Virus record (IMG/VR): IMGVR_UViG_3300032291_001290
Location: 1 to 64,000 of that record
Strand: one strand, 5' to 3'
DNA length: 64,000 nt
Origin: a virus
Part shown: positions 56,554-64,000 of the stretch, piece by piece
Numbering within the stretch: the first letter of the stretch is position 1
Layout of the letters: each line of letters begins with the position of its first letter
Notes under the pieces: model-generated
What the model was told of the DNA's origin: nothing
The model's input: the letters and a program-made list of their open reading frames with translations, nothing else
The model's database searches: none
Program-made: the position numbers and the translations under genes

Positions 56554-56869
56554 TCTCTTTTTTCTTTACAACTTCTACGCAGTTTAAACAAATACTACGT
56601 AGGTTGGTTTGTGCAGTATTTTCTAAATTTCCGTCAATCAAAAATACTGTAATCTGAGAGGTAAAAAGACTTTTAAAGCCACATAAATCACATGTGGCTT
56701 TTTTCTTGTATCCACTTTTAGTCCAGTTTGATTTTCTAGGTTTTAACTTATTCTTTTTTCTGCCGCATTCATCACATGAACTACGATAATGTGTAGTACC
56801 TTCACGGATATAATTAATAGCCTTGTAATTTTTATTACATTTAGTGCAGATAGGTCTTAATAGTGCCAT
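56516..56869 (-). CDS. Zn-binding HNH-like protein with degenerate active site
   Basis: CxxC x4; VFLIDGN..N...NLRSICLNC. Confidence 0.7.
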   Translation of the reverse strand: MALLRPICTKCNKNYKAINYIREGTTHYRSSCDECGRKKNKLKPRKSNWTKSGYKKKATCDLCGFKSLFTSQITVFLIDGNLENTAQTNLRSICLNCVEVVKKKEITWKRGDLEIDY

Positions 56870-56989
56870 ACAGTATTTAGTTAGGAACCTTCGAAGGTAC
56901 GGCTAAACCGCTTTTTTTATTTTTTTTAATAAATAATAGTATGCATTTTAGGTGGTAAACCTCATAATTTTACATAAAGGAAAAATAAA

Positions 56990-59900
56990 ATGGCACTAAC
57001 ATCTCCAGGCGTAGAAGTAACAATCATTGACCAAAGTCAGTATCTTCCAGCCCCAACCAATTCTGTTCCGCTTGTTATCTTAGCTACGGCGCAGAACAAA
57101 GCTAATGCGTCTGGCACAGCAGTTGCACCAGCAACTACAGCCGCAAATGCCGGAAAACTATATCAAGTAACAAGTCAACGAGACTTGGTAGACTTGTACG
57201 GTACTCCGTTCTTTTACACAACAACAAACGGTACACCAATTCAGGGCTATGAACTTAACGAGTATGGTCTATTAGCAGCATATAGTTTATTAGGTGCAAC
57301 TAATCGTTGCTACGTACTACGTGCAGATATCGATCTAGCTAGCTTAGTAGGACAAACAGGTCGTCCATCGGGCGAACCCGATAACGGCGCATACTGGTTA
57401 GATACTTCAACAACCACTTGGGGCATTTATGAATTCAATGCTACAACAGGATTGTTTACATTGCAAATTCCTATAGTAATTACTGAATCGGCTAATATAT
57501 CAGGTGGTGTTCCACTATCTAGCATTGGTAGCATAGGTGATTATGCTATTAATGCAATACAAATTACAAATGAGCCTACTCAACAAGGTCAATATTTTTA
57601 CAAGACTACCAACAACGTATGGGTAGTGGTAGGTTCAGTAGATTGGCAAAATGATTGGCCAACTGCTCAGGGCACAGAATCAAATCCTACATTAAGTGCA
57701 GGTGATGTATTCAATATTAATGTTAGTGGATTATATAACTTGACTGTTACAGTTCCTAATTCACCTAACAATAATGTAGCTGGTGTAGCAAGTGCTATTA
57801 ACGCTTTAAATAACGGATACGTAAGTGCTAGTGTTACTTCAGGAAGATTGAATGTATATTCAGCACAACCTGCAAGCGGAAATCAATATATTTCGTTTAT
57901 TAACGTAAGTACTGGAACAGCAGTTGAAGATTTAGGTTTAACAGAAGATCCGTTTGATTATTATCAAACTGCATTAGCATTTGGTACATCTGCTCAGATG
58001 CCATTATGGACATCAAGTCAAACAGTTCCTCGCCCGACTGGTTCTGTTTGGATCAAAATTGGCTCTGCTGGAAATGGATTAAATCCAGTATTATCTGAAT
58101 ACAATGCAACAACCGCTGCGTTTAATGCACGGAATGTTACTTTGTATACATCTGACTGGGCTGCCAGTGCAAGTCTTGATTCAAGTGGTGGACAAGCTAT
58201 TCCTGCAGGAAGCATTTATGCACAGTATAATTTTACAGGTGTATTTGGAGAAGGTCCAGTTTACTTGTGGAAGAGAAGTGCATTAGGTCCTACTGTAGTT
58301 ACTAGTAGTGTAACTGATTATCTATCAACAATTACCGGAACTTTGTTTGCACAAATAAGTGTACCTGGTTCAGCAAGTTTATCAAGTACTACGTATCAAA
58401 TACCAATAGCAACTGGCGATACAGCTACTGATTTCGTAACAGCATGGTCTGCTACTAACATTCCTTTTACACAAGCACTTGTGACTACAGATGGAGCAAT
58501 TCAATTAGTTCACACTGAAGGTGGAGAAATAATTTTAGCTGACGTTTTCATTAGTGGTGGTAGTCAAGGTATTTCACAAGGTATCATTGACGAACTAGGA
58601 TTTATCAGTGGTACAACACCTGGTTGTAAATTTGGTACATCATATACATCATCATTTACTAAAGCAGTAACATCAACTTCAGGTAGTGGTATAAATGCAA
58701 CAATTCAAGTTCAGGCATTTTACGGTGTTTATAGATTAACAGGTGATGGTGTTGTTGCAAACGGTACAGGTTATGCAGTTGGTGACACATTAACAATCAG
58801 TGGTGCAACACTTGGTGGCACAACACCAGGGAACGATTTAGTATTAAAAGTCGCTACAATTTCAGGTGGTGGTGGTACTGGTCCTGCTACAGCGGTAACT
58901 TATGTTTCAGGTACACCTGCAGTTTATTACGGAACTCAATTGAGTAATTGGGTAGAGTTTACTTATACAGCTAACGAAGGCGCTCCAGTAGCGGCACCTG
59001 CTAATAACACAAACTGGTTCTGGAGTGTTGTTGACCAAGTAGACATTATGGTACAATATAATGGTCAATGGAATGGCTACGGTAACTTAAACTATGATAC
59101 TACAGGTTTCCCAACATCAGGTGCCAACACAACAAATCCAACTGGTCCGATTATAAGTGCTAGTGAACCAACAACACAAACTGATGGTACTGCACTAGTA
59201 TACGGTGATCTTTGGATTGATACAAGTGACTTAGAGGCTTATCCTATCATCCGTCGCTGGGAAGTAATAGATGCTACCACAGATGGTTGGGTATTAATTG
59301 ACAATGCAGATCAAACAAGTTCTAGGGGTGCTGTATTCTTAGATGCACGTTGGGCAACAAATGGAACTACAAATCCAGTTGATGATCCTATTCCCTCAAT
59401 CGTTAGTTTGTTAACAAGCGATTACGTTGATTTAGATGCTCCGGATCCTGCACTATATCCAGCTGGTATGTTGTTGTTCAACACACGCCGTTCAGGATAC
59501 AATGTAAAACAATATAGAGTTAATTACTTTAATAGTTTAAGTTTCCCTGACGAAACATTACCAACAGTAACATCTGCTTGGGTAAGTGTTAGTGGGTTAC
59601 AGTCAAACGGTGCACCATACATGGGCCGTCAAGCACAACGTAACATGGTTGTTGAATCATTGCGTTCAGTAGTTGATACTAACACTGATATTCGTGATGA
59701 AGATAATTTCTTCAACTTGTTAGCAGCACCTTATTACCCAGAACTACAACCTAACATGGTTGTATTGAATGCAGATCGCGGTGAAACAGGTTATATTATC
59801 GGTGACACACCAATGAGATTACCTGATGATGCTACTGCAATTCAAGCATGGGCTACTAACGCAGCCGGCGCAGAGAGTACAGGAGAAGCAGGTTGTGTAA

Positions 59901-60568
59901 CACGTAATACATATCTAGGTCTATTCTACCCAAGTGGAATTGCACCTGACTTGAGTGGCAACTTAGTTGCTGTTCCCCCAAGTCACATGATGTTACGTAC
60001 ATTCTTACGTAATGATACTGTTGCTTATCCTTGGTTAGCACCAGCTGGTACACGCCGTGGTAACATTGACAATGCTACAAACATTGGTTACTTAGATGCA
60101 ACTACTGGTGAGTTTATTACAATAAAAACACGCTTAGGTATTCGTGATGTACTATACATTAACTTTATCAATCCATTAGTATTCTTTACTGGTATTGGTT
60201 TGTTGAACTATGGTAACAAAACAAGTTTCAACTCACAGAGCGCATTAGATAGAGTAAACGTTGCACGTTTGATTGCTTATATTCGTAGACAATTAACATT
60301 GGCAGCAAGACCGTTCGTATTTGAACCAAATGACGCATTGACTAGAAATCAAATTGCTGGTGTAATTCAATCACTATTTGTCGATCTAGTTGCAAAACGC
60401 GGCATCTACGACTATCTTGTAGTCTGTGATGAAAGCAATAACACACCTGCAAGAATTGATAGAAATGAACTATGGGTTGACGTTGCAATTGAGCCTGTTA
60501 AGGCAGCTGAATTCATCTACATCCCAGTTAGAGTTCTAAACACAGGTGAGATAGCATCATTGGGATAA
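56990..60568 (+). CDS. tail sheath protein (T4 gp18-like) with large internal insertions
   Basis: SPGVEV, PW.APAG..RG, INP, RVNV.RL, FEPND..TR, VVCDESNN, EFIYI motifs. Confidence 0.93.
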   Translation: MALTSPGVEVTIIDQSQYLPAPTNSVPLVILATAQNKANASGTAVAPATTAANAGKLYQVTSQRDLVDLYGTPFFYTTTNGTPIQGYELNEYGLLAAYSLLGATNRCYVLRADIDLASLVGQTGRPSGEPDNGAYWLDTSTTTWGIYEFNATTGLFTLQIPIVITESANISGGVPLSSIGSIGDYAINAIQITNEPTQQGQYFYKTTNNVWVVVGSVDWQNDWPTAQGTESNPTLSAGDVFNINVSGLYNLTVTVPNSPNNNVAGVASAINALNNGYVSASVTSGRLNVYSAQPASGNQYISFINVSTGTAVEDLGLTEDPFDYYQTALAFGTSAQMPLWTSSQTVPRPTGSVWIKIGSAGNGLNPVLSEYNATTAAFNARNVTLYTSDWAASASLDSSGGQAIPAGSIYAQYNFTGVFGEGPVYLWKRSALGPTVVTSSVTDYLSTITGTLFAQISVPGSASLSSTTYQIPIATGDTATDFVTAWSATNIPFTQALVTTDGAIQLVHTEGGEIILADVFISGGSQGISQGIIDELGFISGTTPGCKFGTSYTSSFTKAVTSTSGSGINATIQVQAFYGVYRLTGDGVVANGTGYAVGDTLTISGATLGGTTPGNDLVLKVATISGGGGTGPATAVTYVSGTPAVYYGTQLSNWVEFTYTANEGAPVAAPANNTNWFWSVVDQVDIMVQYNGQWNGYGNLNYDTTGFPTSGANTTNPTGPIISASEPTTQTDGTALVYGDLWIDTSDLEAYPIIRRWEVIDATTDGWVLIDNADQTSSRGAVFLDARWATNGTTNPVDDPIPSIVSLLTSDYVDLDAPDPALYPAGMLLFNTRRSGYNVKQYRVNYFNSLSFPDETLPTVTSAWVSVSGLQSNGAPYMGRQAQRNMVVESLRSVVDTNTDIRDEDNFFNLLAAPYYPELQPNMVVLNADRGETGYIIGDTPMRLPDDATAIQAWATNAAGAESTGEAGCVTRNTYLGLFYPSGIAPDLSGNLVAVPPSHMMLRTFLRNDTVAYPWLAPAGTRRGNIDNATNIGYLDATTGEFITIKTRLGIRDVLYINFINPLVFFTGIGLLNYGNKTSFNSQSALDRVNVARLIAYIRRQLTLAARPFVFEPNDALTRNQIAGVIQSLFVDLVAKRGIYDYLVVCDESNNTPARIDRNELWVDVAIEPVKAAEFIYIPVRVLNTGEIASLG

Positions 60569-60570
60569 AA

Positions 60571-60597
60571 TAAGAATGCCCCCTCGGGGGCATCTTA
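60571..60597 (+). terminator. hairpin between sheath and tube genes
   Basis: ATGCCCCC-TC-GGGGGCAT. Confidence 0.55.
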
Positions 60598-60632
60598 ATA
60601 AAAAGATAAATAAAGATACAGGAGATTAAAAA

Positions 60633-61268
60633 ATGGCAACAGCCTCACAATCATTGTTCAACATGACAGTAGCATCTGATAATGCTGGCGGTAATCAGGG
60701 CTTACTAATGCCCAAACTACAATTCAGATTCAGAGTTAACTTTTTGAATTTTGGAGCAAGCGCAAGTTCAATCGAATTAACAAAACAGGTTATCGATTGC
60801 GCCCGTCCACAAGTACAATTTGCAGAAATTACATTACCAATTTACAACTCAACAATGTATTTGGCAGGAAAAGCAACATGGCAAACACTAGCTATCAACG
60901 TTAGAGATGATGCGTCTGGAACAGTAGCAAGATTAGTTGGACAACAATTACAGAAACAAATGGACTTTGTTGAACAAGCATCTGCGGCTACAGGTCAAGA
61001 TTATAAGTTCCAAACAAACATTGAAATCTTAGACGGCGGAAACGGTGCAAATGCTCCAATCGTTTTAGAAACTTGGGAATTGTATGGCTGCTTCTTGCAA
61101 ACAGTCAACTACAATACACTAAACTATGCAACAAACGAAGCAGTAACAATATCAATGACATTACGTTATGATAATGCAATTCAAAGCCCAATTGGCTCTG
61201 GTGTTGGTGCAGTTGTTGGTCGTGCCCTAGGTGGCGCTTCAGTAACAGGCATTGGCTCAGGTCAATAA
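60633..61268 (+). CDS. tail tube protein (T4 gp19-like)
   Basis: PK..FRFRV, AGK.TW, W.L.GCF, L.YD motifs; follows the sheath gene. Confidence 0.85.
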   Translation: MATASQSLFNMTVASDNAGGNQGLLMPKLQFRFRVNFLNFGASASSIELTKQVIDCARPQVQFAEITLPIYNSTMYLAGKATWQTLAINVRDDASGTVARLVGQQLQKQMDFVEQASAATGQDYKFQTNIEILDGGNGANAPIVLETWELYGCFLQTVNYNTLNYATNEAVTISMTLRYDNAIQSPIGSGVGAVVGRALGGASVTGIGSGQ

Positions 61269-61290
61269 TTAGTTTAGAAAAGTCTAGTAC

Positions 61291-62466
61291 ATGGCTGGAT
61301 TTTTTCAAGATTTAATCACAAACGCTGCCGGAACTTTTTTCGGCGGCGATTACCTTCGTGATTATACTCACGCTAGTAAAACATTTAGGACTAACGCATA
61401 TCAATATGCACCTAAATTCAAATATCTATTCCATGTCTACTTTGATATTAACTCTGAAGTATATTCACAAAATGTAAGTACTGGTGCTAATTTTGGTTTA
61501 GCAGTTAAAACAGTAAAACTTCCTAGCTTTACATTTGATACACATACATTAAATCAATATAATCGTAAAAGAATTGTACAGTCAAAAATCAAATATGATC
61601 CAGTAGACATATCTTTTCATGATGATAACGGCAACATCATACGAAGTATGTGGAAAGCATATTATAATTATTATTATGCTGACGGTACAAAACCTAGTGT
61701 GGTATTTGCTGGATCAAGGGGAGGGGCACCTGCTCAGCCTGGAGCTACTCTTGCTAACTACAATGAACGAACAACATACGTACCTTCTATAACAGGAAAT
61801 GAATCGTGGGGTTATATAGGTGATACTAATGTCCCAGCATCAGTTAGTGGTGTTAAGGTTCCGTTCTTTAAAAACATTACGGTTTTTGGTTTTAACCAAC
61901 ACAACTTTGTAGCGTATACATTAATCAACCCTATCATTAGTAGATTAAGTCACGATACATATGATTATGCTCAAAACTCTGGTACTATGGAAATGCAAAT
62001 GGGAGTAGAATACGAAACTGTTGTATATAATGAAGGTGCTATTGATGGTAAGACTCCTAGCAACATTGTTACCGGTTTTGGATTAGATGCCAATTATGAT
62101 AGAACAATAAGTCCAATAGCAAGACCAGGTTCTAATGCAAAAATATTAGGACAAGGTGGTTTAGTTGAAGGTGTCGGCGGTGCAATTGAAGCATTTGGTC
62201 GTGGTGATATATTAGGTGGTATTCAAGCTGCAGGTACTACATACAACACATTTAAAAATAAAAATTTAAAACAAATTGCAAGAGCAGAGGTTATTAGTGG
62301 TATAAAAAATGCTGTTCAGCAAACTCCTAATAGAAATCTAACTGTTGTTACTCCTATCTTTGGAGCAAGCCCAACCACACTAGGAACAGCAGGTGCACCA
62401 GTTAATGGACAAGCTACACCTCAATCAGTAGGTGTAAATCCCTACGCAGGCAAAAGAAATCCATAA
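61291..62466 (+). CDS. tube-fold baseplate/tube-initiator protein (gp48/gp54-like)
   Basis: K.V.LP.F......NQYNRKR.....Y.PV.I.FHDD motif. Confidence 0.6.
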   Translation: MAGFFQDLITNAAGTFFGGDYLRDYTHASKTFRTNAYQYAPKFKYLFHVYFDINSEVYSQNVSTGANFGLAVKTVKLPSFTFDTHTLNQYNRKRIVQSKIKYDPVDISFHDDNGNIIRSMWKAYYNYYYADGTKPSVVFAGSRGGAPAQPGATLANYNERTTYVPSITGNESWGYIGDTNVPASVSGVKVPFFKNITVFGFNQHNFVAYTLINPIISRLSHDTYDYAQNSGTMEMQMGVEYETVVYNEGAIDGKTPSNIVTGFGLDANYDRTISPIARPGSNAKILGQGGLVEGVGGAIEAFGRGDILGGIQAAGTTYNTFKNKNLKQIARAEVISGIKNAVQQTPNRNLTVVTPIFGASPTTLGTAGAPVNGQATPQSVGVNPYAGKRNP

Positions 62467-62491
62467 TATTTAGGTAATAAATAAACGTATT

Positions 62492-62851
62492 ATGCCAAGA
62501 ATATTAGATACCCGCTCAACATTAGATAACACAATCAGAATTTTTGATTCGTTTTATGCATTAGATTTAATCGTTAATGGAAACGAGTATGACATTGTGC
62601 ATGGTTATTTTATATCAATTTGTGAAACAAAAAATATTGCTGATAATTTTACTGCGGTGTTTTTTAGAGTTTCGCAAGATACCGGGATTACTGCATTAGA
62701 TTTATTAGACCAAATTAAAGGTACTAAGAAAATGGAAATGAATCAGATTCTTGCTTACTATCTTAATAGTTTCAAATCTAAAACATCTTTGTATGGAATC
62801 AGTGTTCGACCAAGACCTAATCAACCGGTTCAACGTAACATAGTACAATAA
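62492..62851 (+). CDS. hypothetical late protein
   Basis: TAAATA upstream; 119 aa. Confidence 0.65.
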   Translation: MPRILDTRSTLDNTIRIFDSFYALDLIVNGNEYDIVHGYFISICETKNIADNFTAVFFRVSQDTGITALDLLDQIKGTKKMEMNQILAYYLNSFKSKTSLYGISVRPRPNQPVQRNIVQ

Positions 62852-62852
62852 T

Positions 62853-63290
62853 ATGAGAAGTTGGGCACAAGGTATATTCACTCCCAAAAATCCACAGAAG
62901 TATGTAGGTAAACACAAACCTAAATACAGATCAGGCTGGGAATTAACCTTCATGACCTTTTGTGATACTAACAAAAATGTAACACATTGGGCTAGTGAAT
63001 CAATGTCTATACCATATAGAAGCCCACTAGATGGCAAAGTACATATGTACATACCAGATTTTTTTGTAGTTTATCAAAACAAATATGGTAAACAACTTGC
63101 GGAAGTTGTTGAAATAAAACCTAAAAAACAAAGTTTAATTGAAAGTCGTATTGCAAGTGCTAAAGATAGAGCAGTCGTTGCAGTAAACCACGCAAAGTGG
63201 CAATCAGCCATGGCATATTGTAAAGCACAAGGCTTTACGTTTAGAGTAATTACAGAGGATGATCTTTTTAGAAATGGTTCACGAAAGTAA
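62853..63290 (+). CDS. head completion nuclease (T4 gp4-like, TnsA N-type)
   Basis: P.NP.KY.G, YRS.WE, W.SE...IPY, Y.PDF, EIKP, KW..A, ITE motifs. Confidence 0.9.
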   Translation: MRSWAQGIFTPKNPQKYVGKHKPKYRSGWELTFMTFCDTNKNVTHWASESMSIPYRSPLDGKVHMYIPDFFVVYQNKYGKQLAEVVEIKPKKQSLIESRIASAKDRAVVAVNHAKWQSAMAYCKAQGFTFRVITEDDLFRNGSRK

Positions 63291-63301
63291 ATAAATACTT
63301 T

Positions 63302-63784
63302 ATGACCAAAAAATTAGAAGAATTATTTGAATTGCCACAAAACGATATTGATAGTTTATCTAGACCTATCCCTGAAAATGCAGAATTAGTCACTACAACT
63401 GCATTAGATAACTTAACAAAGATTGAAGAAGCATTACCACAAGTACGTGGATTAGAAGCCGCTGACGGAGAAATGGATGAATTAGCAAGTTTAGCAACAT
63501 CAAGTTATAAAGACTTAATGGATTTAGGAATGCAGGTTGACAGTCGTTTTGCTAGTGAAATTTTCAATAGTGCTAGTAGTATGCTAGGCCATGCTATTAC
63601 AGCTAAAACAGCCAAATTAAACAAGAAATTAAAAATGATTGAGTTGCAATTAAAGAAAGCAACACTAGATCAAAAAGTTGCTAGTAAAACTGAAGAAATC
63701 GAAAACACTCCTCTGGGTGAAGGTAGAGAACTTGATAGAAATGAATTGTTAAAAATACTAGCAGGCAAAACTAATGAAAAATGA
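63302..63784 (+). CDS. putative terminase small subunit (gp16-like) or helical late protein
   Basis: Helical 160-aa protein ending DRNELLK; late promoter. Confidence 0.45.
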   Translation: MTKKLEELFELPQNDIDSLSRPIPENAELVTTTALDNLTKIEEALPQVRGLEAADGEMDELASLATSSYKDLMDLGMQVDSRFASEIFNSASSMLGHAITAKTAKLNKKLKMIELQLKKATLDQKVASKTEEIENTPLGEGRELDRNELLKILAGKTNEK

Positions 63785-63810
63785 TAAATAATATATACAG
63801 GAATTAAGAA

Positions 63811-64000
63811 ATGAAAAGCCTAAAACGATACATTATGGAAAGTGTACATACTTACAATTACACTATCAAAATTGCCGGAGAAGTTGATAAAAACTTTTTA
63901 GACATGTTTAAGTACAATCTAAACAAGTTTGACCCTATCAAAATTCACGATCCGGTTTCAACCCCTATACAAAAAGACCCGTATGGTTTCCCCAACGTAT
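63811..64000 (+). CDS. late protein, truncated by the window end
   Basis: GATAAATA at 63784, AGGA SD; starts MKSLKRYIMES. Confidence 0.65.
   Translation, partial: MKSLKRYIMESVHTYNYTIKIAGEVDKNFLDMFKYNLNKFDPIKIHDPVSTPIQKDPYGFPNV

Noticed and set aside
1399-63052. Numerous antisense and alternate-frame ORFs in the track (e.g. 2803..3156, 23939..24382, 45588..46046, 53975..54514)
   Set aside because: They are shadows of well-supported genes, with no motifs or initiation signals.
1-64000. Stop-codon reassignment (alternative genetic code)
   Set aside because: Core genes (terminase, sheath, helicase, td) are full length in the standard code, and TAA, TGA and TAG all terminate genes at sensible positions.
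1-64000. CRISPR array, tRNA or rRNA genes
   Set aside because: No regularly spaced repeat-spacer pattern was seen, and no cloverleaf or T-loop motif was seen in the short intergenic gaps.

Overview
A 64-kb segment of a large, AT-rich T4-like myovirus (Tevenvirinae-related architecture, resembling uncultured aquatic T4-like phages), read in the standard genetic code. It carries nucleotide metabolism genes (DHFR, thymidylate synthase, dNMP kinase, MazG, Nudix) and replication/recombination genes (gp32, UvsX, UvsY, UvsW, primase, helicase, gp62-like, endonuclease VII, two exonucleases). It also holds rIIA/rIIB inside an early-promoter island, packaging and morphogenesis genes (terminase, gp13/14/15 neck, gp18 sheath, gp19 tube, gp4, fibres), a spanin pair, and AT-rich accessory enzymes (two radical SAM/SPASM, epimerase, DegT, IscA). 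The most unusual elements are: (1) a translationally coupled array of about 10 small paralogous proteins sharing a C-terminal F-x-F-x(4)-D/E-A-x-x-F-x-L-K/R-W motif, with two outlying copies; (2) a 203-aa miniature DnaE/Pol III-alpha catalytic core coupled to a DEDDh exonuclease; (3) a recurring leaderless-transcript geometry at both late (TAAATA) and sigma70-type promoters; (4) promoter-in-hairpin RBS-occlusion switches; (5) a three-hairpin RNA leader; and (6) T4-type capsid-targeting N-termini plus a probable head polyprotein. No tRNA, rRNA or CRISPR array was seen. All calls come from manual motif recognition, not database searches.
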